Source: Prorocentrum cordatum (Eukaryota). Taken from it: 64,000 nt of DNA. Of this stretch, positions 12,033 through 23,370 are shown piece after piece. How positions within the stretch are numbered: position 1 is the stretch's first letter; each line of letters begins with the position of its first letter. Location of the stretch: contig CAUYUJ010000003.1 of the NCBI GenBank assembly GCA_963575745.1, positions 372,001-436,000 on the forward strand, given 5' to 3'. A model generated the notes under the pieces. That model did not search any database. It was given only the letters and a program-made list of their open reading frames with translations, and was not told the DNA's origin. The position numbers and the translations under genes were made by a program.

Positions 12033-12760
12033 TTATCCAACGCGTGGCTTCCAGGGTACATCGTGGACCAGTTGCGTGCCTCGCACCGTGGCCCGTCCAA
12101 CTTCGTTGACCAGCGCGAAGTCGACGTTGGTTGGTCGGATGCCCCCCAGGAACCGCGCGCGCTGGTCCCCGGGCAGGGCCGCGGCGCTGGCAGCGCCGAG
12201 GGCTTCGGGCCATCCTGTCTTCTCGAACTCGCTATGAGAAGTGTTCAGATGGCCCAGGGCGCCTTGGCGGTGTGGAGGAAAGCCGCGAGCGCAGTCGACT
12301 TCCTGGCGTTGATTCCGCTCGCGGCGGCGCGGCTCGGGTCGAGGTAGAGAGAGGCGATGAGGGGCGAGGTGCCACGCATGTGCAATGACAGTAGCGAAAT
12401 GCCGCGATGTCCAGTCGCACATGTCGATGTCATCATGTACTCGTCGAGCGCCTGATGCTGTTGCGTTCGAGACTACTCTCTGACTTCCCCTGTGGCGGAA
12501 TGAAGCAGCTTTGAGATGGCCCTTTGTCAGTGCCGCCGCGCCACCGCAGTTGCCACTCTCGCTGCGCTCGCTCGCCCCCGCCGCCGCGGGCACTGCCGAG
12601 AAGCCCACCCCCGGCAGCGCGTGCTCAGTGGCTTCGAGGAGGCGGTGGCCGAGGTGGGTCTCCTGCGGCGCGTGGACATCCCGCGGTCGTCGCAGTTCGT
12701 CGCGCCGTAACCAGCTCAAGGCCGCTGGCCCCCAGGTCGTGACGCTGGCGCTGAAGGTGC
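12033..12760 (-). pseudogene. AP-endonuclease (EEP) remnant of LINE-A
   Basis: TFSASVTTWGP...QETHL...GGAAAL...SLYL...VDFALVN, an endonuclease-like motif order with frameshifts. Confidence 0.65.
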
Positions 12761-12894
12761 GGCGGCCGCGGTGGGAGTCGTCGCCAAACTGCCGTCCCCC
12801 ACCCCACCTTGACCTTCAGCGGGCCGAGGGTGCCTCTGAGGTCGAGGCTGCCGCTGCTCGTCGCTGCTGAAAGTACGCCCCTGCCGCCTTCGCC

Positions 12895-13810
12895 TCATCC
12901 TGACTGTGGGGCTCTACCCCGTCGCCGTTCGCAGGCGTCGCCTCCTGGGGGGACATCGTCGAGCCCGACATGGTCAATCCTGCGTCGCCTGCTCTGCTTT
13001 CCTTTTCTTGTGCGCCTGGCTGATCTGCGAGTGCTGTGCTTCCGCAAGCTTCTTTGCCGCGATGAGGTGCTCTTTGAGCTGGCATGCGAACGTCCTGGCG
13101 TCCAGCTGCAGCTGGGCGAGCAACTGCTTCTTGGCCTCCTCGACCGCCTTGCGGCCGTCTGCGCCCATGTCCTCGTAGTAAGCGAACCCCCAGCGATCTG
13201 CACGTCACTGGGCGACAGCAGGTCCGTGTCCGCGTCCAGCAGCTGCTCGAAGATGCTCTTCTGGCCATGCTCCTTCGGCTCGCCCTCCTGCTGGATCGCC
13301 TCAATCTTGTTCTCCGCCGCCAGGACTGCGTCTGCTCGCTCGCGCAATGTTTCTCGTGCTCGCTCCGCCTTCTTCTGCGTGGGTCCTTCTGCTCGAAGGC
13401 CCACTTGTACTTTTTGTTGGCGCCCTCGAACTCTCTGGCGGCTTCGGTAAGTCCGGCCGCGCGCGATCTGACTGGTGTGCCCGGCGCCCCCTTCAGCGCG
13501 CCTGCCGCGCTTGCCAGCTGCTTTGCGATGGCGCCCCCATTGGCCAGCTGCAGCGACCCTATGGAGCTCGTGACAGTCTGCAGCGCGCTGGCTGGCTTGT
13601 CCATTCCAGTGTCACCACCATGGACCTTGCCGTTGTCCTTGTCCTTGCCGTTGCCTTTGTCCCTGCTGCTGCCCTTGCCCGCTTTGCCCACTGGGTCGTC
13701 GTGCCAGCTGCGACTGGCACCGCCTGCTTGTCGTTTGGGCACTGCATCTCTGGATCCGCATGTGCACCAGTAGTCCATCTCCTCGAAGTGCGTGCGCCAC
13801 CTCCACCATG
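12895..13810 (-). pseudogene. ORF1 remnant of LINE-A (degenerate Cys motif, GK-rich tract, coiled coil)
   Basis: DYWCTCGS, GKGSSRDKGNGKDKDNGK and charged helical segments upstream of the endonuclease. Confidence 0.55.
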
Positions 13811-14135
13811 TCTTACACTGCTTGCAAGTAGTCCTGGCGCATCTTTAGGCTGCGCTCGGCCTTGACGCGTCGCAGGTAGCGCCTGGCTGCTGTCCTCTGC
13901 CGCCGCAGGCGGCGGTGCCAGGCAGGTGAGCGGCCCCATCCGCTCTCGCCCCGTCTCTGGGGCTGGGGGGCCCTCGATCGCGGGCGGCCGCGCCCCGAGC
14001 CGCGGGCAGGGGGAAATGGCTGCGCCGCCCCGCCGAGGAACCACCTGGAGGAGGAGGGGGGGGGGGAGGGGGAGGAGGAGGAGGAGGAGGAGGAGGAGGA
14101 GGAGCAACCGCACCTCCCCTCAGTCCCTCAGGCGT

Positions 14136-14759
14136 CTACGGCCTCAAGGCGCGCAGCGCAGTGGCCAGGCACTCCGCGCCTGCGGTGTGCTTGGGCGCGG
14201 CGCCAGGCGCGGCGTGATTGCAAGCTCGTAGCTCGTTGTAAAAGTGAAATGAAAGGGCGGTCCGCCGCGCGGCCTCGGCGAGCGAGTGCCCAGGGGCGTC
14301 GCGCTGCCCAGCTGCCCCCAGGCCGATGCGGGCGAGGGGGTCGGGCGAGAGGAAGGCGCGGGGCAGGGCAGGGGAGTGCGGGAAGCGGGGGCAGGAGAAG
14401 CAATGGCCGAGGCGGTCTGGGCAGCCGTCGCATCCTAGCAAACAACTCCTGCGCGGGCCGAATGGGATGCGGTGGCTTGTCCACCGTGCTCCTGCCAGCG
14501 TTTTGTAAACTGCCCAGCGGATCGCGGGGGCGTTCTTGGATAGTACTGTGGCGAGTGTCTGCCGGCGCTCGTCGAGATTCGCTAAAATCTGCACTGCGGG
14601 AATCGCTGCGTGCAAGCGGCGGGCCAGGGTTTCGGCCAACTTGTCAGGCGAGAGGGGGCGTGGAGGACCGAGGTGAGCGTCCGCTGAACCCTGGCCCTCC
14701 GCTGCTCCTGAGCGGCAGACGCCAGCTCGGCTTCTGCTGCTCGCTTGGCTTGCTGCCAA
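14136..14759 (-). pseudogene. C-terminal region of LINE-B ORF2 with a CCHC-type finger
   Basis: WTSHR...CLLGCDGCPDRLGHCFSCP, resembling the C-terminal zinc knuckle of LINE ORF2 proteins. Confidence 0.75.
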
Positions 14760-15008
14760 ATGGGCAGCGGGACTTTACATGGTGGCGTCGCTTCCCCGAG
14801 TGCGTGCCATTATTCTACAATTCCGTAGCTCTTCCAAACGACAGGAGAGACAGCGGCCCGAATGCGGGCCCGGGCCAGGTCCGCGAGGGAAAGTTCTGGA
14901 TTCAGCTGGTCGTGCACACGCTGAAGGGCATGAAAGAGAGGCGGCCTTAGCGGGGGCGCTACTGCTGCCGCCCGCCAGGCTGAGGCTAGCGACAGTGCGA
15001 TTAGAGCT

Positions 15009-15047
<39 letters not shown>

Positions 15048-15049
15048 CG

Positions 15050-16247
15050 AGCGCGGCCACGAGCGAGTGCCGAGGAGGTCGACGAGGCGCCAGGAGTTGG
15101 GGGGCGCCCTCAGGATCTCGCGCAATGCGCCACGTTCGTGGCGGAGGAACGCGGCGGGGGGCGGAAGATACTGGGTGAGATAAGAAAGAACGGTTACAGC
15201 ACATGTGTTATATTGTTTGATTGCGACTGCTGGGCCTGGAGCGCTGGCGGCAAGCTGTGCAGCGCGCAGCCAGTACTTGTCGAATGCTGCTTTCCATTGG
15301 AGATCTAGTGTGGCGTCGGGGCCTATGAGGGTCCCTAGGTAGCGTGCGTATCCTGCTATCTGTACACGCTGCCACTCGGGAGTGAGAAACTCGAGAAGCC
15401 TCTGCGTGAGCTTCTCAACATCGGGCGTCAGAGGCGCCCATAGGGGCACAACCACTGTCTTCTGGATGTGAAGCTCGAGTCCTGCGGGGTCACCGATGGC
15501 CCGAAAGGGGGGGGGGGTCCCCAGGCGAGCGAGGACAAGCCCCAGATCATCTGCGCAGGCCCCGAGCTTGTTGGATCCCGGGAGGGTCCTTAAAATGCCG
15601 AGTAAATGACGGATAGGGGCGTCAAATGCGAGTGCCCATGTCGAGCCTGGCAGGGGACATCCCCGGAGAACGCCAGAACCGACTTCAGACAAGCACTGCA
15701 AGTGGCCGCCGATTCGGGCCCATGCACCAGGAGCGTCGTAAAGGGCCAGAATTACATTGAGGTAGCCTGGGGGAACTCCATGAGCTACGAGGGCTGCAAA
15801 TAGAAATCCCCATCCTAAGGATGGGAATGCAGCTTTGATGTCAAAGCTGATTAGGATTGGGAGGTCATCAGAGGCCTCTGGAGAGTGACCCACACTACGT
15901 GCTTCAGAGTCTAGCGTCAGTATGTGCTGTCCGAAATTTCTGCATTTCACGGAGCCTTGCTGCGTGTCCTCTGTGCGCTCGCGAACCATATCAACCATAC
16001 CCATGTTGACGACGTGCGCGATCAGCTTGGCATCGCAGTTCTTTAGGGGGAGTGGGCGCGTGGCCCCTGGAGAGCGAACCACTGCAAATTGATCCTGGGG
16101 GTCATCGCCTTCGGGGAGAAACGCGAAGATGAAGTCGTTGAAACGATGCGGGACGAGGCCTGTTTCGAACATCTGCATCATCAGCTCATGCGGGATCTGG
16201 GAGGAGCCTGGACTAGTGGCCCATGCTGCATAGGGCACATGATCGGG
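15050..16247 (-). pseudogene. Reverse transcriptase domain of LINE-B
   Basis: TRPLPLKNCDAKLIA; QQG; SFDIKAAFPSL; GVLRGCPLPG; CADD; GLELHIQKT; RYLG. In frame with the APE ORF across one TGA at 16248-16250 (AP*PD, expected APGPD). Confidence 0.95.
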
Positions 16248-17843
16248 TCATGGTGCTGCGCGACGAACCTTGCGGAGAGCTCGCTTGTTGTCCTTCAGAG
16301 CAGGGGCCCTGAGGTCTGCGCAGCCGAAGCCGGGGAGGCGCTTGTCGAGGCACTGCTGGACCGCGTTGGGGCCCGCGATCTTGGGCGAGAAGATGGGCTG
16401 CCAGAACTTCTGAAGACCTTCAAGAATCCCCTCTGGTGTTTTGACTGGGGAGTGAGAGGTGGTGCCTGGGGCCTCTCTTGGAATCCTGAGTCCTGATAGT
16501 ACGAGTCGACGACGGAAAGGTATCCATGCCTGGGCGCGCCGGTTGAGCTGCATGGCGACACGTCTGCTGGCTCCCTGGTCGGGGAGTCCTTCGGCCCCGT
16601 CCTGCTGGCGCTTGGTGGCAATGGCGACGCGCCTCTCGTAGTCCGCGGTGGCTGCTATGTCCATGGTCTTGATGAACTCGTCTCTGTTCGTGAGCTCGGG
16701 TCCGTCTTCGGTGATGTGTAAGTGGTAGCTGCCTAACTCCGTCGTGGCCATGAGTAATGCGGCTGTATCCTTGTCCTTCCTCCAGATCGTCCTGGCTATT
16801 GATCGTAATGTTGCGGGCCCCCCATGCGTGGCCCAGCGGCTGGGGTCTTGAAGCGAGGCGCGCTGCTGGAGGTTGCGGGTGAGTCTGGCTGCTTCCTTGA
16901 TGATGAGCTCGCGCTGCTGCCGCGCCGCTGTCGGCGTGAGGTTGGCCTTGGCGGCGTAGCTCTTCAGCATGTCGAAGTGGAGCTGGTAGGAGAGGTCGTA
17001 GAAGATGATGGGATCGACTGCCTGCTCGTCGATGCGCGATGCCGAGATGTTGCTGCGAGAGAGGTGGAGAATGGCATGATCACTGAGTCCTTGATCTGAC
17101 AGAGCCGCACCGTCCTTGTGCATCTGCAGGTGGGCGTCTACATTGAGGGGGTCGATGCCTGTGAGCGAGGCGAAGATGCGGTCGATGGCGGTCGCAGCCT
17201 GCGTGTTGGCCGAAAAGTGGGTGGGCAAGTCGTGCGTGATCTCAGTGAGCGTCGTGAAGAGCTTCCACCATCGTGCCTGCTCGCGTTGGTATTGACCATC
17301 TGGGGCCATGGGGCGCCAGCGAGCCGCAGGGTCGCGGAAGTTGAAGGACGGGGTGGCGCTCGTGTTGAAGCCGCCCATTGCAAGAAACAGACGTTGTTGC
17401 GGTAGAGTCGCAGCCCATGCTCTGGAGGCTTGCCGCGCTTCCTTGGCTTTGTCCATGGTCGTCGCATTGAAGTCAAAGTTGTGTGCATTCAGGAGCACCG
17501 TTTCGAAGCCCATCGCGTGGTTGGCGATATGCAAGGCGGCTACGCGTCCATGTATAATCGGCTGTAGGGAAATAGACGTGGTGGAGCGCGTAGGTGTCGG
17601 GACAAGAAAGGCCAGCCCACCTTTTCCTCTGCAGTGTTCGCCTGCGTCATTCTTGCAACCGCTGTAATGCATCTGGTGAGCGCACGGCAACTTCGCGAGG
17701 TGGGATTGTACATCCAGCAGTGAGCCATGAACTTCCTGAAGCACAATGATGGCCTGCTTGCGTATGAATGGGGCGAGTTGACGTATTTTGGCAAACCTTT
17801 TTCTATCGTCGTGGCATAGCAAACCGCGCGTGTTCCAGCATAT
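16248..17843 (-). pseudogene. AP endonuclease and linker of LINE-B ORF2
   Basis: ICWNTRGL; IVLQEVHG; KGGLAFL; MGGFN (GDFN degenerate); PTH; IDRIF; SDHA. Confidence 0.92.
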
Positions 17844-18220
17844 CTAGTGGCCTTTCGGGTCGAATGAGGTTGTGCGAGTTGTAATAGAGGCAACATGTGG
17901 GGCTGGGGTAGATGGCGATGAACGGCTTGTTGTGGCGCTGGGTGTCTCAGCAGAGGATGGGGTCGTGGATGCTGACGAGGATGTCGAAGTCGAGGTCGAA
18001 GAGCTGTCCGAGGGAGAGGAAGTGGGGCTCTGCGCGACATCATGCAGGAGACAGTCTTGTTCAGGAAGCATATATACGTCCTGCAGCGACGAGGTAAACT
18101 CTGGAGGGCTCTCCAGTCCCTCGGTAGCAACAGGGGGGCTCCAGCCCCCGTGAGAAGGAATATCTGGCGCGGCATGTTCATGATGTGATTCGCGAGGCAG
18201 AGGAACGCGTCTAACATCCC

Positions 18221-18472
18221 GTGGATATTGTCTGTGATGCTGTGGATATTGTCTGTCAAGCTGTGGAGATTGCCTGTGAAGCTGTGGATCATGTCTGTGA
18301 CGCTGCGGATATTGTCTGTGATGCTGTGGATCTTGTCGGTGAAGCTGTGGTTCTTGTCTGTGAAGCTGTGGATCTTGTCTGCGAGGCTGTGGATCTTGTC
18401 AGCGATGCTGAGGATCGTGTCTGACATGCGGTAGGTCTTGTCCAGCTGCGCGTGGATCTTGTCTATGCGCAG
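18221..18472 (-). repeat. Twelve 21-bp tandem units encoding heptads (DKIHSLA / DNIHSIT) inside LINE-B
   Basis: GTGGATMTTGTCTGTGAWGCT-like unit with a 21-nt period, in an open minus-strand frame starting at ATG 18598. Confidence 0.9.
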
Positions 18473-18588
18473 GTGGAGGTCGCACATGGCGTAGAGGATG
18501 TGACCGTTGGCCCAGACGCTGGCGATGTCCAGGTGGGCGAGCGTGGTCTGCGTCAGAGGTGGTCGTGCGCCGCGGCGACTACCGCTTG

Positions 18589-20065
18589 TTAAATCCATTG
18601 CGCGGTGTCCCCGGCCTTGCAGAGGGCGGCGAACTCGGCAGCAATGGTGGCCTTCTTGATGGGAACCTTGGCCAGCGCATCTTGATTCCAACGAATGACC
18701 GTTGCTGCGCCCATGCGAGTGAGCTCCAGTTTGGCGGCGGGGATGGTGTGACAAAACATGCGCCCTTGATCGCGACGCGCGCGCCAGTTGCGCGTGGGGT
18801 AGTGCTGCTGGCATAAGGCAAGTAGCTTCTTAGATTGAGTCTCCAAACGGATGCGACGGAGGTTCTTGTCTGGGTTGACATAACGCGGGACGTACTGACC
18901 TTGATTGATGACGCAGTCTGGCGGGGTCTGGACGGTGAATCTTCTGTAGCCTCCTCGTCCTGGCAGCTGAAGTGCCTTTGCCAATGTCATGGCGCGCCTT
19001 GCGTCCTCCCAACATTTGTAGCACGAAGCGACGGTTAGGACCTTCACCGTGGAGTTAATATTGCTGTGCGGCGACTTCGGCTGCGGCAATCCACTCCATG
19101 ATGGCTGTGTGAACTGCTTCACAGGAGACTGGTTGAGCGCAGGAGAGGATGAAGATGGCGGGATCAGGTTCCCGATCCCGATCGGATAACTTAGCCATGT
19201 CCAAGATGAGGGCGTCGGCGTCGGAGAGGCTGAGCTGCTGGTTGATGCGATTGATGGCGCCCCAAACTTCCTCGTGTTGAACTTCTTGTCGAGCTTGGGC
19301 GGTTTTGATGGCCATGAGGTCTTGCTCTTGTCCGTCAAGTCTCCTGGTAGTGGCAGTTTCATGTCGCTGAAGTGCGGCGAGAAATTGAGCTTGCGAGGCG
19401 CCAGTGGTGTTGCCGACGGCGTTGGTGATGTCTGTGATCTGCGCTGCCATGAGAGTACGTAGTTCTTGCTGCACGTCGCGTCCAAGCTTGGAGTCTGGCC
19501 CAAAAGCATGCGGGGGGCCACCCATGGGTGTCGCTGTTCCCCCAACAGGCGGAGGCGCAGCTGCAGGCTCTTCCATGGCTGCAGGCTGAGAGGCAGTGGT
19601 ATGAGAACTGGCTGCTGTGATACGAGAGGGTAGTCGAACTGCTTGAGCTGCTTGAGCGGCGAGCCATTCTTGCTGAGGTAGGAGCGCGGGTGATTCCGAC
19701 GTTCGCTGGGCTGCCTTGCAAGCGCGCTGTTCCTGATGTGGGAATGTGGGGGCGTTCTCCCGCTCTTCCAATAGTGGCCGCTGCCAAGCTTCCTGCTCCT
19801 CTGCTGTGCGAAATTGTGCTGAGCCCTGTTGATGTTGAGTTGGTCCTCGCGAGCGTCCGCTGTAAGCTTCAAGCGGAGCCCGCTGGTCTGAAGATGAAGA
19901 AACGGGTGGACGTCGATCACAGTCGCGGCGGCGTCCTCTATCGCGGTCCCAGTCTCGGTCTCGGTCTCGGTCTCGGCGATCACGTTCTCGGCGGCGGTCA
20001 CGTCGATCTCGATGGCTGGCTTGGCTTCTGCTTTTTTAGTCGCAGCGGTCGGTGTCGGTGTCCAT
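18589..20065 (-). pseudogene. ORF1 of LINE-B, disrupted by stops and a frameshift
   Basis: MDTDTD start, RD-rich tract, coiled-coil segment (ORF 19055-19771) and a C-terminal part YVNPDKN...AQWI* in another frame. Confidence 0.7.
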
Positions 20066-20285
20066 GCGGTAACATGGAGGTGTGTGAATCCACGAATCGC
20101 CTGTCCGACGCCAAGAGAGAGCAGAGCCACGCCAACGATATGGAGGTGCAGGATGTGAACCAATTGTTTTCTGAACGTGTGCTTCGTTCTGAGGATATGA
20201 AGCGGCACCGCAGGCAGGGCAGCCGTGGCGGGCTTGGGAAATGGAACTGCAGCTGAACGGCCAGCTGCCTTGGGAAATGGATTAA

Positions 20286-20300
20286 TTGAGCCAAAATGGC
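20286..20300 (-). other. Relict dinoflagellate spliced leader, GCCATTTTGGCTCAA
   Basis: Exact 15-nt match to positions 7-21 of DinoSL, in sense orientation at the 5' end of LINE-B. Confidence 0.85.
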
Positions 20301-20440
20301 GAACCGCATGCCGATGATAATAAAGGGACCCCCCCCCCCCTTCAGTGTTTAGAGTTGATTATCGTCGCCCTATACAAAATTCAAATTGGGCGGCGAGCGC
20401 TGAGGCCGAACTTCATTATCACCTCGAAACGCTATGTTGA

Positions 20441-20468
20441 GATAGCAACATCAAGCGATGTTGCTATC
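20441..20468. other. Perfect hairpin, 12-bp stem and 4-nt loop
   Basis: GATAGCAACATC-AAGC-GATGTTGCTATC. Confidence 0.9.
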
Positions 20469-20476
20469 CCCGCGCG

Positions 20477-21110
20477 CGCCTGAACTTTTTTTATCTCTGG
20501 GGTTGATTATCCATGGAAAGGGGAGCACATGAGCTACCCTACATGAGCACTTTAAAAAATCAATTTTCAGAAAACGCTTGTACATTAAAATTGATAGATT
20601 TGGAACTTTCCATTTTTCCGTTCTTCTTCTCTTATTATTCTTCTCTTCTTCTTCTCTTCTTATTATTTTTCTACTTTCCTCTTCTTCTTTTATATTTCTA
20701 TATGTCCTCACGCTCGCCTGAACTTGTTTATCCCTGGGGTTGATTATCCATGGAAAATGAAGCACATGAGCTACCCTACACGAGCACTTAAAAAATCAAT
20801 GTACATAAAGCGTTTGTAAATTAAAATTGATAGATTTGGAACTTTGGATTTTTCCTTTCTTCGTCCTCTTATTATTATCCTCTTCTTCTTCTTTCTTATT
20901 ATTATTATACTGTATTCTTCTTCTTTTATATTTCTCTCTGTCCCCACGCTCGCCTGAACTTTTTTATCTCTGGGGTTGATTATCCATGGAAATTGAGGCA
21001 CATGAGCTACCCTACACGAGCACTTACAACAAACAATGTTTCATAAAGCGCTTGTAAATAAAATCTAATAGATTTGAAACTCGAGATTTGTTCTTCTCTT
21101 CGTCCTTCTC
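20477..21110. repeat. AT-rich ~237-bp tandem repeat, about 2.7 copies
   Basis: CGCCTGAACTT...GGGGTTGATTATCCATGGAAA...GCACATGAGCTACCCTACA starts at 20477, 20715 and 20951. Confidence 0.92.
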
Positions 21111-22239
21111 CTCCTCCTACCATTTCTTTTATGTTATTATTTATTATTTTTATTTTTCTTTTTTATATATAGCTTCCTCCATTCCAGCGAGATAAGCCAT
21201 TGTTGAGGATATTTCTATGAAAACTAAACGCCAAGGATGTCTCAAAACGTGCTCGGCTTGGTCTCCTCTTGATCATCTCTTACTTCGAGATTATGCTGAG
21301 GTCTGCTGGGCTACTTTTATTATCTCTCCCTGAACCCCGAACTTTATTATCCCCTAGTGTTTATTCTCACGGGCATGAGGTTACGGAGGAGGAGGAGGAG
21401 GAATTGAGGAGGAGAACCCCAGTTCAGGCGAAGCCAGGGCGAGGATAAATTCGGGCGAAGATACAACGAGAAGCTCTGAGATCCGGCGGCTCTGGAACAT
21501 GTCTCGGGCGCCGCGGCCTTCTCGGAGCGTTTCGGAACGCTCCGGAAGAGCGTTCCGGAACGCTCTGGAAGGGATTTGTCCTCGTCCTAGCCCCGTCCGA
21601 CTTTGTCCTCGCACCCTCCTTGGAGCCCGGGCGTGCAGAGGCCTCCGAGATGGGGTCGGAGTAGATGGGGTCCGAGGATCACGCCTCATCGCCGATACTT
21701 CGATCGGCATACGTTACCGATGCATCGGCGATGCATCGGCGACATCGGCGATGCATCGGCGACTGCAGCGTGGAGAAAATCGGGCTCCACATCGATCCGC
21801 ATCGCTGAAGCATCGACGATGCGGTACGATCCTCCGACTCCGTCTACCTGGACCCCTTCTGGGACCCCGGGCATGGAAGGGACGCGCCCGCAGCGAGGCC
21901 TTCGCCCGCGCAACGCGCGCGCACGTGTCGCTCAGACGCGCGGCACCTCGGGCGGTCGCTGGATGCCGCTCGGGCAGCGGGCCGGGGTTGGAGGCCCCAA
22001 GGGGGAGGGCCCGGGACCAGGAAGGAGGGGCGCCAGCTCAGGAGGGGAAATTCGCCGGCCCAACGGGCCAGAGCCGTGCTGAGATCTCTGGTCACTGGAT
22101 ATGCAAATTCTAGTGTGTGCGCGCGCGGGGCCGCCACGGGGGGTCCCCGGACGAAGAGCACTCCCCGGAACCCCCGGCAATATCCCAGCACGGTTCTGGC
22201 AGACTCGGATCAGAGATGACTTCGCTTTCAGGGGCGGTT

Positions 22240-23010
22240 TTGCCCTCCTAGGGCCCCTCCGGGGCTGTCTTGGGGCTTTCTTGGGCTCCTCTTGGGCCGT
22301 CTCGGGACGATCCTGGAGGCCTCTTTGGCCATCTTGGGGGTCCAGACGGTTGAGAGCGAAAGAATCTCAGAATCCGTAGGAAACCCATGGCAAATCTACG
22401 ATTTCGGCCCCTTGCGGCCTTCTAGGGTGTCCCCATCGGAGCCGTCCTGGGGCGTTTTGGTGGCCCGTGACGCTGTCTTGGGAGCATCTTAGGCTGTCTG
22501 AGCGCGGTATTGGGCCATCTCGGGGCTGTCTCTGGTCGCCTCGGGGCCTCCTTGGGCCGTCTCGGAGCTCTTCTGGGGAGCTCCAGTGCCGTTTCGGAGC
22601 CCTCCAGGCGCCCTCCGGTGCCGTTTCGGGCTCTCGGGGGGGCTCGGGGAGCCATGGGCCTTCGCAAACCCGAAAAAATCCTTGCAGCCTTATTGAATGG
22701 ATTCGCGCCCCGGAGCCATACAATCACCCCCCAAACAATTACATAAGATTCGCGCTCCCAGGGCCATAAACCTTCGTAAATTACACTTGCGTCCTCGAGG
22801 CCACAATCTCTCGCAAATTACACCGTATTCGCGTCCCCAAGGACCCTGGTAAATTAGACAATAATTGCCCCCCCCGAGGCCATAAACCTTTATAAATTAC
22901 ACAACAGTTGCGCCCCCGAAGCCATAAACCCTTGTAAATTACATAATAACTGCGTCCCCGAAGCCATCGCGCCACCGAAGCCATGATCCCGAGTAAATTA
23001 ATATTGGCCC
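22240..23010. repeat. Inverted CCCAAGA-family repeat followed by ~45-bp GCCATAAACC...GTAAATTACAC units
   Basis: TCTTGGG-rich tract, then GTAAATTA(C)A anchors recurring about every 40-45 bp from 22700 to 23010. Confidence 0.65.
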
Positions 23011-23289
23011 TCGCGTGATGTCCCGACATTGCTTCACGTCAGCGTCAAGACATCCCAACACAGCTCTGGCAAGTCCCATTCTAAGAGAGGGGGCCGGCGG
23101 CATGGGGGCGAAGCCCTTGCGGATAAGGAACGAGGCCCCTTTTGCCCATACGTTAAACTTCGACTTCCCATAGAAAACCTTAGGACAACCGAAGACAAAC
23201 TGTAAAACAATTGAGGAGCACCGAGCCCCTCCTCAACAAAAAGGTTTCTTCGTCAGCGGCCCGACTGTACGTCGCCGATCAGTCGGCGA

Positions 23290-23370
23290 TAGGCCCCCGA
23301 CCGCGAATCCGCACCTTCCTGGGCAGGGCAGCCTACCGGGCCCCCATCGGCGATGAACGGGCGATTTAAA
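23290..23370 (+). repeat. Dispersed repeat core shared with about 44154-44230
   Basis: GGCCCCCGA.CGC.AA.CC...TTCCTGGGC...GGGCCCCCATCGGCGATGA is present at both sites. Confidence 0.6.

Larger units (their letters stand above)
7300..14045 (-). mobile_element. Degenerate non-LTR retrotransposon LINE-A (ORF1, AP endonuclease, RT, RNase H)
   Basis: Ordered minus-strand domain remnants with many frameshifts and stops. Ends are approximate; the 3' end may extend to about 6265. Confidence 0.85.
14113..20301 (-). mobile_element. Near full-length non-LTR retrotransposon LINE-B (5' SL relic, ORF1, ORF2 with heptad extension, APE, RT, C-terminal Cys/His finger)
   Basis: Complete domain order with few disablements. 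A candidate 7-bp target-site duplication AACCGCA lies at 14106-14112 and 20302-20308. Confidence 0.92.

Noticed and set aside
15010..15048. Poly-G tract read as a polyproline domain in the RT ORF
   Set aside because: A homopolymer expansion or sequencing artefact that interrupts ORF2, not a protein feature.
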